A model generated the notes under the pieces. The model was not told the origin of the DNA, did not search any database, and saw only the letters and a list, made by a program, of their open reading frames with translations. Positions 15,670-29,181 of a DNA stretch of 64,000 nucleotides are shown here, in pieces. The DNA is from Eledone cirrhosa (Eukaryota): NCBI GenBank assembly GCA_964016885.1, contig OZ024742.1, positions 316,386,001-316,450,000 on the forward strand. Direction: 5' to 3'. The translations under genes were made by a program, and so were the position numbers. How positions within the stretch are numbered: position 1 is the first letter of the stretch; every line of letters starts with the position of its first letter.

Positions 15670-16150
15670 AGGGCGGGTAAAATTCCCGAGATCCATGGAC
15701 GAGTTCTCTCCAGTGGTCTCTGTCCCTCATTATCGCTGCCATGTCCTGCGTCTCCAACAGACCTGTGTCTGTCCTTAGGGCATCAACATACGTTAACCTT
15801 GGTCTTCCTCTTCCAGTGTGTCCATACAGGGGCTCCCACAGGAGCACTGGATACAGTGTCAACTCTGGATGTCGGTGAGCATGTCCAGCTAACCTCAATC
15901 TCCTCTGTGTCACTTTTGAGCTGACTTTTGGGAGGCTCCCATACAGCTCTGAGTTTTTCATCCTCAGTGTATACAGTTTGAGATCGGTGTGGAAGTCAGA
16001 CCTTCGTGAAGACCTGAAGATCCGCATCTTCATTGCTGTAGTGGAGTCTATGCTGCTGTACGGGTCTGAGACTTGGACACTGACCAAGAAACTCACTCAG
16101 ATAGTGGATGGGTGCTACACAAGAATGCCGAGGATGGCTCTGAACATTAA
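15670..16150. mobile_element. RTE-type LINE 3' end with inverted 5' segment
   Basis: Minus 15670-15960: RRLRLAGHAHRHPE...LLWEP..G...RGRPRLTYVDAL. Plus 15975-16150: VWKSDLREDLKIRIFIAVVESMLLYGSETWTLTK. Confidence 0.85.
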
Positions 16151-16156
16151 TGAACT

Positions 16157-16205
<49 letters not shown>

Positions 16206-17029
16206 CTGTGTGTCTGTGTGTCTGTGTATGTATATATTCAATATATGGATAAAGGATATTAATACCTCATAAGTTAAATTTCCATTTAGCAATAGAAAAG
16301 TATTCAAATATAAATCTTTCTATGAGAATCGAATCAAATAAATATTACATATGCACGCACACACACACTCACACACTCATACTCACACACACACGCGCGC
16401 GCACACACACACACGTACATATATTTATATATATATTTATATATATATTTTTGTCGATTGTCTTTTGCTCTTGCACACGTAATAACCCATCAATCCTTTT
16501 CTGCAATTCTTGCCTTGCCATTCTTCATGAAGTTTTGCATTTAACTATCAAGAGATGTTTCTATGCATAAATATTGGTCTGTTCATTGCATGTTGATATT
16601 CTGTAGTTGTGAATACATACTATTTGATAATTATCACAAGAGAAGTTGTAACTCTGCAACAATCATCTGTAAACCATGTGAAAAACACAGTATTATAAAC
16701 ATCTATCAATTTATGCAATCATCCCGAGACTCTTATTTCAGAACAAAACATATATCGAGAAATCCTATGACAAACATCAACTATATTGATATAGGCATAA
16801 TATAATATTAACTCTAACAAATGCTCAAACTCACATATGAATTTCACGGTGAAGTATTTGTAAGAATATTCTAGATCCATCATTTATATCTCCCTTAATA
16901 TTCTTGTCAGAATAAATATCTCTTGTGTATTGGATTTAATATGAAAAGTAATATAAAGCAATATGCCTGAATTTATTTCCATAGACCTGCTGATACACGT
17001 GCATACAGACAAAAACAGACAAAAAACGG

Positions 17030-18200
17030 AAGTTTCTATTTAGAATGAAACATATTCAATTCAGATATAAAAATGTTATTGAATACGAAATTTATTTTAA
17101 TTAATTGTAAAAATGTGCCGTAGAACAAGCAGTGAGTTAAGGAGTCGACAAGTTGATTTTGACTGTTAATTTCATTAGCAATTTCACTTGCAATGTCATT
17201 AGCAATTTCATTAAGAAGGCTATGAATGTTATAATATTCCATTAGCTTTCCAGAAAAAAGTGAGGGTATTGCTCCTAGTCAAAACAATGTGTACAGTTTC
17301 ATTTATTTTTCTATATATTTCGAACAAAATATTTGTTACAGGGGAAATTCAACTCACTTTCGATACCCACCACTAGCCGTGAAAGATCTATGGGCATCAA
17401 ACAATCTCGTCTACAATCTGTCTTATAATTGATATACTCGTGCATGTATGAGAGATTAAAATTTAATTCTAGATAATTTGTACAAAGGTTTTTATGCCTT
17501 CCTAACAAGACATGCATTAGTAGATATTAAAGGATCATTAACGTCAGAGGAGGCTATAATAGTTACTGAGATAGTTATATAACTCTTACTGGGAAATCTT
17601 TATCAAGAATTTTATCTTCATTCCCCAATATTTAAAAGTGTGAATATGGGAAAGTCAATTGAGGAGACAACAAATTCGTTGGTCAGAGGCTGGAGTGTGT
17701 TTGTCTATCAGTCAAATAGTTGTCTTTGAATGCGGCCTAAGATGCATGTGTATATAGCAGCACTGCCAAATGTAAAGGAGGTAACTTCCATTGTAAATCG
17801 CTACGAGTGGGTTGACAGTTGTTAGCGGATGAAGTATAATTTGCTGAGAAGAGAAAAGCAAGTATTTTTGATGTAGTCTTTATTATTCTGATGGTATGAT
17901 ATCGCCAAGCGATATCCATGGTGATGATGTTACCTAACATTTGAAGTGGTATTAAAAGAGATTAATGTGGATGGCCCACCTCCAATTTGTAGCAGTTTTA
18001 AGAGAATCAGTAACACAATCAACTCTGAAACACATGAACAAAGCCATCCTCTCTACGGACTAATAAAAGGATGTCAAATATTGCTGGATCAGAAAACATT
18101 AAGATGACAATAGAGAAATGTTTGAGTGTCAATACTCGAAAGGTTGGCACACCAAAATCAATAAAAAGAAGGGTAACAGGCTCACGGATCTCGCAACTGA
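17030..18200 (-). pseudogene. Possible Helitron Pif1-helicase fossil
   Basis: Weak but ordered resemblance: HFSIVILMFSD..FDILLLVRR (cf. FGGKVVLFGGDFRQILPVVR), LLQIGGG, EYIN...LMPIDL.RLVVG. Confidence 0.35.
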
Positions 18201-18789
18201 ATATTAGGAAAAAAAACCCCAACAAATCAAAACAAAAAAAAAACAGCAACAAAAACAGTTGCAAAATATTTACAACATACTCTTCGCAATAGTAGCCAAA
18301 ACACCCTCAAATCACAATTAACCGTGTTAAAAACTGTAGTGCAAGCTATACTATGCCCAAGAAACAAAGGCGTACTGAAATCATACCTAAAACCAGGGCG
18401 AAGACAAGTTTAAAATATTTGATATAATAAAGTAATATCTAAAACGTCTCCACATTTATGCATCCAAATCGCCTCCGCCCCCAAGAAAAAACATTTATAT
18501 AGCGTGGTATTTTTAAGGGTCTCGATAGATATTTCATTTATATTTGAAATATGTATCTTTTCTGCCTTAATAGTCTTATGAGTTTTAGAGAACATATTTT
18601 GTTACGTTTAATTATTTTGATAGAAACACACCTGAGACCACATTTGATTCTATGATACAAAACCATCTTTTTTAAAGTGGTTTATATTTAAATCTAAACC
18701 TTTTATAATAATTCTATGGTAGAAAATACATTTGTTAAGTTATATTCTAAACATAAATGTAATTATATTTATGAAAATGATTAACATTC

Positions 18790-21012
18790 GTAGCGTCACC
18801 CACCATGCTTCGCGACATAAAGTTATGGCCCTTTACGTTCTGAGCTCAAATCTCGCCGCGGCAGCTTTGCCTTTTATATTTACGGGGTCGAGAAATAAAG
18901 CACCAGTAATGCACTGGGTTCGATTTAATTGACTTTCCTCTCGCCTTCAAATTGCTGACCTTGTGTCTATAGTTGAAACAATTATTAAAAATATATATTC
19001 GAAACAATAGGATGGGTGTTTCAACTGTTCCATCATTGAAAAATCCTGCTTGTGATATTAACGTTTAATTATTTAACATACACAAGTACCGTTAACGTAA
19101 TCATCTATTGAGCCTGGCACATGGTGGAATAAAGCTGACCCTTTAAATTACAGGTGCAGTCCGTACGACGGACTTAGAAATAATTTCCGTCTCCCAAATT
19201 TCTCTTACTTGCCTGAGAACCCATGAAATTGCATCAAAACCATAATCTATGATTGCGAAGCGAATATTTAACTACTCTGCCATTGCTATGTCCATTTTGA
19301 AATATAGTAACGAAAGGTTTGTCTTGTTTCAAGAGAATAACGACATATGTGAAAGTAAAACCAATTAAAAATAACAACTAGAAACCGGTCGGTTTATAGT
19401 GAAGCCATAATAAACTGTAACACATCTTTTATTTCCTGCTGGTCATCTAATCTTTCGCTGCTTGCTGTATATAATTTAACAACCATGTTACCAACATAAC
19501 ATAACTGAAATCTGTACATGCACATTGCAGAAAGGAAAACATATTCATGTGAACATAATAATTGTCAAGGAACCGTAATGACAGTACTAGAGTTGCCATT
19601 ACGACTCAACAAATCTACAAAGAACAGTTATTCACACACACCTGTTTTACAGTTTGATTTTCTTCACAAAATTATCAACGACCTCCCTTTACGGTCTGAG
19701 TTCAAATCCCGGTGAGGTTAACTTTGCTTTTCATCCTTACGGGGTCGATAAAATAGATTACCAGTAATGTACTGTGTAATTGCTGGCCTTGTGCCAAAAG
19801 TAGAAACAATTATTTCTATAACATTATTACAATTTTTAAGGTGTCAAATATAATTTACTATTTGCTATTTCAAATGTTATGTTTATTTAGTAATTGGAGA
19901 TAAAATAATCACCAAATCTTTTCTCTTACACTTCGTAACCTTAGTATCCGAGTTAACACCTTACATGTGTTAAACAAATATTATTAAGTAACTGACTCTA
20001 TTCACATTGATACACGAATACGTAAATATATTCGCCAACGCACACGCCTACACGATCTGTCATTCACACAATCATTTCTTTAACTGTTAGGAGTCAGAAT
20101 AGAGACTTTCACTAGCAAAGGTGTGAGTTACACAACACAATTATTTCTTTTAACATTTACATTTTTTAACTTCATTTGATTATTCTGAATTTTATTTTAA
20201 TATTGATTTCTTAATTTAAAGTATTTATTTAATGTAAATTGCCAGCACGAACCTCGCTCATCCGTACACTCATTTTCATTACTTTACCCCCCCTCTCTAT
20301 CTATCTCTCTATCTCTCTTTCTTTCTCTCTCTCTCTCCCTCTCTTCCCCTCTCTCTCTTGCATCCTCTTTTCCACGCCGTCTCCCTCTTTCCGTTTTTCT
20401 CTCTTGCTTCCTCAAGTGCTGTTTTACTATTCAGTTCCAGGAAGACAAACAGTGCTCATAATTTGTTACTGGCAATTCCAATGAGCTTGATGCAGTTGAT
20501 GTTCAATTTGAAATCTTAAAGATTGATGTCTGTGGAGAAACAGTAGGAAGGGCTGAGATCCAGAATGTTTAAATTGAAGGGAAGGAAGATTGGATAACTG
20601 TGTAGTATAGCAGTTTGTTGTTAATAATGATCAGTTCCAGATCGTTAAGTAGTCGATTAGAGTGGTTTGCCGCACTTAGTTATGTCCCTTTACGCACTAT
20701 GTTAAAATATAGCCAAGATTAAATTTACTTTCCATCCTTCCAGGATCGATAATATAAAGTACCAGTAAAGCAGTGTGTGTCGATATAATCGACTTTCCCA
20801 CTCCACAAATTTCTGGTTTTGTGCATAAATTAGAAATGTTTATTTTAAGGGTGGTCGGACTGGCAGATTCGTTCAAATCGCAGCGAAGTCAGCTTCGCTT
20901 TTCCTCTTTCAGGGTCGATAAATAAATTACCAGTCAACTACTGGGGTCGATATAATCAACTTTATCCTCTCCACGCATTGCCTGTCTTGTACCTAAATCA
21001 GAAAGCATTATT
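18790..21012 (+). mobile_element. Four dispersed or diverged SINE copies (~18790-18985, 19685-19812, 20640-20842, 20850-21012)
   Basis: gggtcgataaa / gttcaaatc / ccttgtg motifs. The interval also contains unique DNA. Confidence 0.75.
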
Positions 21013-21548
21013 GTTTAATTCCAAGTCTTTCCTGATCGACTAGACCTAAGAAATAAGAATATTCGAACTGTGACCGTCTCGTATCTTTTAGGATTTTTGA
21101 GGACTACAATCGTCCCAATTTAAGGAGTCCCACATTTTTTGATGCTATGGTATAATTAATGAGAAATTTGACTGCTATTTCTTGCATATCGAGTGATCAC
21201 ATAGTGGGTTCCTGATTAGGTGTGTTAGGTGAGAAACAATAGAACGAAAGAGGAATACATCGGTTGGTTGTGGATGAAGATGGTAAATGAGAGTTTGTTT
21301 CAAGTATTCTAGTAATATTAGAACTGACAGGTTTGAATATATACTATAAACACGAATCTGTGGGTTCTTAATTATACACTATCATGTGCAAAAATTTCCT
21401 ATCATTCGAAATGATTTTTGGTTTTTGGTATTTTATACCTGCATCTTCTTAGGTTTTCACTTTTTAATGCCTTTGTAGATTTCATGAAATCAAAGATTAC
21501 GCTTGGGCACACACACATATAGAAATAGTTATATACACATTCTGAATA

Positions 21549-21616
<68 letters not shown>

Positions 21617-21977
21617 ATATGTGGGGAGGGTCATATTGTTGTAATAATATTGCCAGAATTAATAACAGAACACACTCACAGTTTGGTTGGTTTTCGCTTC
21701 TGTATCTTTTATATCAGTTAATTCATTCGGTCCTCAATGTTTACCATTGACTGACCAAAGGTCAAAAATACAGATATAATATAGACACAAACACATATAT
21801 ATAGTCTAACAAAGTTCTTTCGTTGTAAATCTGCAACATCGTCAGTGGTGCTACTATGTTCCTCCTGTTGTATTGTATATCTACGCCATCTTTATTTAAT
21901 CTGTTTATTTATTTATTTATTTTAAATATAACAATATTTGTTTCGACACACGATTTCATATCAAAACCTCGCAAAAC

Positions 21978-22182
21978 AAATTCATCGCCGACATTCAGAG
22001 TTGACACTGCACTCAGCGCTCCTGTGGGAGTCCCTGCATGAACACACTGGAAGAAGAAGACCAAGGTTAACGTATGTTGATGCCTTAAGGACAGACACTT
22101 GGAGACGCAGGACATGGCAGCGATAATGACGGACAGAGACCGCTGGAGAGAACTCGTACATGGATCTCGGGAATTTTACCCG

Positions 22183-22187
<5 letters not shown>
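21978..22187 (+). mobile_element. RTE-type LINE 3' end, same family as 15670
   Basis: Near-identical to the reverse complement of 15670-15875; ends attttacccgccc(TA)n. Confidence 0.88.
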
Positions 22188-22247
<60 letters not shown>

Positions 22248-22249
<2 letters not shown>

Positions 22250-22442
22250 ACAAAAGTATGACCCCGACGGCAGAGCTCAAGCCGTTTCGACGGCTATTTC
22301 TGGACTCCAGAAATAGCCGTCGAAACGGCTTGAGCTCTGCCGTCGGGGTCATACTTTATTCCTATTTCCCACTCTACTACCCTAAGTATTGAGTACTCTG
22401 GTGCGTTATGGTCCATTTGGTTCCTTCACCACAATTCCTTTG

Positions 22443-22445
<3 letters not shown>
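22248..22445 (+). mobile_element. PLE 3'-end island with a perfect 52-bp-arm fold-back
   Basis: Arms 22253-22304 and 22306-22357 each carry a hammerhead 3' half, GAAA-cggc-ttgagctct-gccg-TC. Tail homologous to 62341-62415. Confidence 0.85.
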
Positions 22446-22478
<33 letters not shown>

Positions 22479-22516
22479 GGGGTAACAAATAATAGTTATA
22501 TGCAGTACACTACTAT

Positions 22517-24008
22517 ATGCAGTACAGCTACTGGGTAAGAAAAGATAGGATAAACAGCTTCGATATAACAATGGGATCAAATGACTCTGCGCAAATCACA
22601 GATATCGTGAGGCTATTCATAGCACACAACCTACATAAGGAATTCAGTAACCTCCAAGGAGGAATTTATAGGGACGACGCGCTACTTATAGCTAGGAACC
22701 TAAACAACCAGAGCATGGAATGATTAAGAAAAAACATTAGAATATTGTTAAAAAAACTAGGCCTAAGTATTACCTACGAACTGAACCATAAGAAGGTAAA
22801 CTTTCTAGATGTGACTCTAAATCTAAATACGGGATTAATAGAACCTTTCCACAAAAATAATGAAAATCTAGCCTACATTAGTTACAACTCAAACCACCCC
22901 AAATCCATAATCAGATCCATAGCACGTAGTATATCCCTCCGAATATCCCGCTTATCCTCTAACCTAGAAATCTTTAACGAACATGCTGACTATTATAATG
23001 CAGCATTACGTAGGGCCGGTCATAAAGATAAACTGCAGTATATAGTGAATAAAGACAACGTAAACAATCCTAGTAACAACTACACCAACCGCTCACACAA
23101 TAATAGAAGTAACTGGACTATACATAGGGTTAGGCACGTAGCACCTGGAGTGAACGGTCAAAACACTAATAACTTAAACTCAAGAAACAATAGAAGAATC
23201 AGACAAAGAAAATACCTATGGTTCAACCAAATCTTCAACTCCTCTATAAAAACTAGGCTGCCCTCTACATTCTTTAAACTAATAGATAAACACTTCCCTA
23301 TTTCACATAGATATCATAAAATACTCAATAGATTTACTATAAAACTCTCATACTCGACAGCAGCAAATATAGAATCACACATACGCAAGATCAACCACAG
23401 AAATATTTCTAGTAAATCAGCCGCACCTATGCACAACGTAGCACCAAATTATAAGCATAAACACATCACAGTATCACAACCGCAAGCGCATACAAACGCG
23501 CAGCAGCAAAACCCCAATGGGCATATATCACAAGCCACTTATAACAGAGTACTAAACAGGAGTGTAGAAGCTGCAGAAAATAGCACCTCAAACTGTAACT
23601 GTCACCTACCCATTGGCGAACAGATGCCTCGATTCGAGCCTAGTGTACATGTGCACGGTCAACTCGGATAACTCCACCTGGAATTACATAGGATCAACCG
23701 CGGGTTCTTTTAAAAAAGGATGGCATGTGCACAGGCACTCGATGAAAAACCGTGCACTTATGGGTTCCACAACCCTCGCCAAAAAAATATGGGAACTGAA
23801 GGACAACAACACTAACTACAGTATTAACTGGTCGAAGTTGTCGGCTGCTAAAACCTATAGTACAGGAATGTCCCACTGCGGGCTATGTGATCTAGAACTA
23901 ATGTATATCCTCAAAAATGTAAAAAGGCTACTTAACAATAAGTTAGAAGGATCTATCTTCTGCAGACATAGAATTGCCACTAAATTCATAAGATTCAAAC
24001 CTCCGTGA
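22517..24008 (+). pseudogene. PLE RT + GIY-YIG ORF, broken by a stop (22721) and a frameshift (~23605)
   Basis: FDITMGSNDSAQ...GIYRDDAL...VNFLDVTLNL...SNHP...ISLRISRLSS...LVYMCTV...YIGSTAGSFK...CGLCDLE...CRH. Confidence 0.92.
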
Positions 24009-24361
24009 ATCGAACCAACATAACATAGCTTTAAACTAGGATACCCACTACCCTGCATAAATCACCACAGAAATATACTCATTAAGTACACTCTAGCCTT
24101 CACAGTTCTATACCACACAAATGTCTGTAAGTACCTCATCAACCCATAAACTTATTCCTTCTCAGCTGCTGCCATCACTTGATCCTAAATCCAAGAATTT
24201 CTCAAATCACTACTACAATGTAACTTTACCTTCCTTTTGCCATAATTACAGTCAGCATGTTTATCTCTTTGCATGTATGTATGTATGTATTTGTACGAGT
24301 GTATATTGATGTGTATGTATGTGTCTATGTACACGTGCGTGTGTATATATATATATGCGTG

Positions 24362-24392
<31 letters not shown>

Positions 24393-24846
24393 TACCTCCT
24401 TAACCTCTGTATTAACTTGCCCATTATTTAGCTTTGACAGTGTTGTCCCATACATGTATGTTATTGAAGATGAAAAGACTGTATTCTCATCTAATGTAGA
24501 CCACACAAATTCTACTCAATGATAAATAATTCGTCGGTCAGATAAATACTGAACATTACGGCCACCTGACCTATATTGGTGATAAACACCGGCTTATCTT
24601 TAAAATTGATATAATACACCCTACGACACTTCTTACATGTCAACCTTATACTTCTGCTTCATGTCAGCTAGTTTTACACGCCGAAATCTTAGATACAATA
24701 TACCCCCCACCTAATGTACTGTCAGGGTCTCCTCAAATAATTTATTACTAGCATTGTTGTAATTGTTGTTATTATTCTAACTGAGTGCCATTACTACTTC
24801 ATACAGTAGCCTGTATATTCCTTTCATGCCTGTATATCCTCTTCAT

Positions 24847-24967
24847 TCTCGCATGTTCCGAAGAACTGACTGGTTATAATTTTGTATTGGCGATCGAGTA
24901 ACGTGAAAACAAGCGAATAGTGATCTCTAGACCTACCAGTTCAGAGAAACAATTGTCAGCAATGAGA
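24847..24967 (+). ncRNA. Hammerhead-like motif with CCGAAGA core and long stem II
   Basis: tctcgcatgtt-CCGAAGA-[actgactggt...accagttcaga]-GAAA-caattg-TC-agcaatgaga. Confidence 0.62.
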
Positions 24968-25769
24968 TTAAAAACCTTTTTTGTATAGCAAACCATGTCA
25001 ATCTTCTTTCCTGATTTATATATATACATATATATATGGTGAGATCGTTACAAGAAGTGTTCTATTTCTCGGTAAATTCATATTGTTTCAAGTGGACTCA
25101 TGCGAACAAATTTCGATTTGAATGTAGATAATCAAACATGTATTCGTGAATTTCTTATTGTAGATGTGTGTTCTGTTAGCTGATCAGATCTGATAGGAGA
25201 ACAACCTACTACAACTGTTCACTGTGTATTGTGTATTAAAAACGTTTCTTACGTGCTTCATGAGTCCTAGCTGATGTGACTTCCGATAGAATTATATTCT
25301 GTATAGAAATAATTCAATTTCAATAAAATGAAGCATAAAAAAAAAAATAATAATAAAAAAAGTCAAAGAAACCTAAATAGATAAATAAAAATAACTGAAG
25401 CTGAACAATAGTAGTTATGAGCAGTTTGAAACATGATGTATATATTATTTTTTTTTTTTATGCATATGTATGTGTGTGTGTCTCTCTCTCTATGTATATA
25501 TATATATATACATATATATACATTATTAATCAAGAATACTGGTTTATCAGGTATACATGTAAGTTTTCTCTACTTCCTTTCCACCTGCTTCTTTTGTAGT
25601 AATACAAGTCATTACGATATAAGTAGTCCAATCATCTATCCTTTACGTGTTATATATTCATTAATCCCCACCCACTTAAAAATCGATGAAGGATAACGAT
25701 TATTAAGTGTTCAAATTGCGATACGTCAGTTTATCAGGATCGATAAACTTAATATTATTATTCAACCTG

Positions 25770-26183
25770 GAAAATCGGCAGTATCAGTAGAGCGTCAGAC
25801 ACCATTCTTTGCAAGCAGGAGTATGGTCAGTTATGGACTAAGTTCAAACCCCATCGAGGGTAACTTTGACTTTCACCCTTACGGGGTGGATAAAGTAAAG
25901 TGCCAGTCACGCACTGGGGTCGATTTAATCGACTTTCCCCTCCCCGAAATTGCTGGCCTTGTGCCTATATAAGAAATCATTATTATTCAACCTGGAGGAT
26001 TGGCAGTATCGGTAGATAGTTAGAAACCATGCTTCGCAGCATAGGGTTGTGGCCCTTTACGTTCTGAGTTCAAATCCCGCTGAGGTTAACTTTGACTTTC
26101 ATCCTTACGGGATCGATAAAATAAAGCACCAGTAATGCACTGGGGTAATTGCTGGCCTTGTGCCAAAAGTAGAGACAATTATT
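25770..26183 (+). mobile_element. Two tandem SINE copies
   Basis: Match to the SINE consensus at ~25770-25983 and ~25995-26183. Confidence 0.88.
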
Positions 26184-26419
26184 AATCAACCAGCTAGACA
26201 TCATCAATGGCCGATCCCGCTGTCTACTTGAAATAGCATTCAAATATCTCTCAAATCATATCCAGTCGTCTTAAATAAAGAGGCAATCTTTGGAAGATGT
26301 AATCCATTAAATATAGAATTAAAATTTGGTCAATGATGAAACGATAATAAGTATGTTTGATGAAGCTCTCCTACAGCTAAACAACAACAACAAAAACAAC
26401 AGCAACCTCAGCAATAGTC

Positions 26420-26670
26420 TGTCTTAAGCCATTTAAGGCGCGTTACGCCGGTACTTATCTTGGTTTCATGGCGAGAAGCGACTGAGAATACAAGACTCCT
26501 CCCTGGACAGGGCGCCAGTCCATCGCAGAGTTGAAACCCCTGCTATTGCTGGTAATCATCTTCAGCTGTGTATATTAGAGCAACGTAAAATGAAGTGTTT
26601 TGCAACCCAGCCCAGGTATCGAACTCACGACATTATGTTCGTACGTCCAACATCCTTATCACTAGGCCAC
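26420..26670 (-). mobile_element. Second tRNA-derived SINE family (V-domain-like)
   Basis: Minus strand gtggcctagtgataagg...gagttcgatacc (A/B boxes) and gcgatggactggcgccctgtccaggg. Related heads near 60960-61085 (+) and 61720-61850 (-). Confidence 0.65.
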
Positions 26671-26714
26671 GAAACTATACTTCATCATTTAGTCATCAGC
26701 AATAGGATAGTTTT

Positions 26715-26892
26715 TGGCAGTATCGGTAGAACGTCAGACACCATGCTTTGCAGCATAGAGTTATGGCCCTTTACGTTCTGAGTTCAAATCCGCCGAGGTT
26801 AACTTTGCCTTTATCCTTATAGGGTCGATAAAATAAAGGGCCAGTGATGCACTGTTGTAATTGCTGGCCTTGTGCCAAAAGTAGAAACATTA
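26715..26892 (+). mobile_element. SINE
   Basis: Match to the SINE consensus. Confidence 0.88.
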
Positions 26893-27244
26893 TTTGGTTA
26901 ATTTGAAGTTGGAGAGAATAAGTTTATTGTGATAAGTAGACATTGTATTTTTTAGAATTCATGAAATACAATTAAATATATGAATATATAAAAGGAAGAG
27001 GCATTCTATCCAATCGACTAGACATATCTCAGCAGTACACCACGGATAAGACGGTGAAAGCGTTGTGACGGAGCACAGGCAGCTCAGTTCATTGCAATCG
27101 GGTTTAATAGTCATTCCAATTTGATGGAATGCCGACCGGTACAAATAGGAACCGTTACCTTAACGCCTGGTAACTGGCCGTCTGCCGTTCCTTTGAGAGT
27201 TTATAGCCGAAGTGAAATTGTCATGTATGGCTGTATGTATTTCT

Positions 27245-27740
27245 TGAGTGCTTCTGGTAACATGTAACCCAGTACAACCTGTCGCATGGTGCGGTCGTCG
27301 GCGACTAAACCGACAACCCCACCAAATTTACTTGGTGAGAGGATGATTTTGGACACCCAGCAGGACAAAAAACAAAACCTGACAAAGGGTGGAAGAACTT
27401 ATAAGAGTCAGTGGCCATCCAAGAATGTATAAATATGTATATAAACATGTACATATATATATGTATATGCATGTGTGCATGTGTATGTATATGCGCGGGG
27501 ACATAGAAATAGCCAGGCTGGATACCCGATGGCGCGGTTAAACCACTGGGAGTGAAGGACCCCCTAGCCTTTGTCAGAGCATTCTTCTAGGAGAAGGCAA
27601 CTCAGGAAACTGGGATAACTCCGATATAAAACCTGCGGCTCAGTAGTTACCGATGATGTTGATCTTTTCTTCTTTTCAGGTTATAGTTACTGTCACTCAG
27701 AGAGTGGGATTGGCTTCACACGTAGGCATTGCACGATATA
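27245..27740 (+). mobile_element. RTE-like 5' region repeat, copy 2
   Basis: Homologous to 400-750, with a microsatellite-containing insert at ~27425-27540. Confidence 0.55.
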
Positions 27741-27914
27741 ATTAATTAGTAATTATTAATAATGGTATACCATGCAATGGCCATACTCGATAACGAGGGG
27801 GCAGCCATCATAATGTATGCATGTATGTATGTATGTATGTATGTATGTATGTATGTATGTATGTATGTATGTATGTATGTATGCATGTATGTATGTATAT
27901 AGGTATGTATGTTC

Positions 27915-29068
27915 GTATGTCACTTTCATGAACTTTTGAATCAACCGTCTGTCGTCAAAGAAGATTTCCTCAATCTCATTCCAGAAAATCCTGAGAAAGT
28001 AGCTCTCGCAGAACCTCCAACGCTTGTGGAGGTTGCAGTAGCTATCTCGAAGCTGAACAATGGAAGGTCTCCAGTTATGGATGGCATACATGCAGAGCTC
28101 CTACAATATGGTGGTGAGAGACTTCTGCAACCACTTCACTCTTTGTTTGGCAGGATATGGGCTAATGAATCCGTACCTGAGGACTGGAGAGATGCAGTAA
28201 TGGTGGTCTTGTACAAGGGAAAGGGTAACAGAAATGATTGTGGGAACTACAGGGGTATATCATTGCTTTCTGTCGTAGGGAAAGTTTTATGTAGGGTGCT
28301 TCTGGACCGTCTGCTGTCACACATTGCAGATTGTGTTCTTCCTGAAAGTCAATCTGGTTTTCATGCTGGACGCGGCACTGCTGATATGATCTTCTCAGCT
28401 AGATAGCTCCAGGAGAAGTGCATGGAACAAGGTTTGGATCTGTATCAGGTTTTTGTCGATCTGACATAAGCTTTCGTTACTGTTGACAGAAATGCATCAT
28501 GGAAGGTTATGCAGAAACTTAGTTGCCCTGATAAGTTCCTTGCTTTGGTTAGGTCTTTCCATGACGACATGAAGGCTTGGGTTAATGTCGGAGCCTATCT
28601 CTGTAAAAAATGGAGTGACACAGAGGGATATTCCAGCACCGAACCTGTTTGCCATATACTTTGTAATGGTTTTTTATATTGCATTCAGGAATTGCGACGA
28701 AGAATCGCATACGAGAAAGTAGACCGGGATGTGAGAAAGGGCATTACTGTTGCATTTCAAGATGGCGCTGACATGCAGCGTCTGTGCGAGACTCTGCCTA
28801 AGCAAAGCTGCACTGGAAAGTCATCTTCGCAGTCATAAAGTGAGACCAGTGGTTAATTACCAGGCTGATGTTTGGAGATGCTACTCATCATGCTTGCTAA
28901 GCATGTGGTAGAGAATGTACATCAGCAGGAGGTCTCAAAAGAAATGAAAAAGTACATGAACTCCAACCACAGCTGGCTATTCCCAGTGAATGTTTTGGTT
29001 GCCAACTCTGCAAGACATTTTAGATCATTGGCTAGCCTAAAAAGCCACATTCGATCGCAGCGCTGTTA
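27915..29068 (+). pseudogene. RTE/BovB-like reverse transcriptase fragment
   Basis: HFHELLN...PTLVEV..AISKLNNGRSP..DGIHAELL...VPEDWRDA..V.LYKGKGNRNDCGNYRGISLLS...LPESQSGF..GRGTADMIFSAR*LQEKC.EQ...FVDL. Internal deletions follow. Confidence 0.9.
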
Positions 29069-29120
29069 ATTGCTATCGCGTGTGTGAGTGTGTGTAGATA
29101 TGTTTATGTGTGTGTGTGTA

Positions 29121-29181
<61 letters not shown>

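Larger units (their letters stand above)
22478..25016 (+). mobile_element. 5'-truncated Penelope-like element (Naiad-like) in (TA)n
   Basis: RT and GIY-YIG coding remnant, ~1 kb 3' region with a hammerhead-like motif, (TA)n both sides. Confidence 0.9.

Noticed and set aside
22721-22723. In-frame TGA in the PLE RT as possible selenocysteine (reported for some Naiad PLEs)
   Set aside because: The context (SME*LRK) suggests Arg CGA>TGA rather than a conserved Cys. The Cys motifs present use TGY, and the ORF is also frameshifted.
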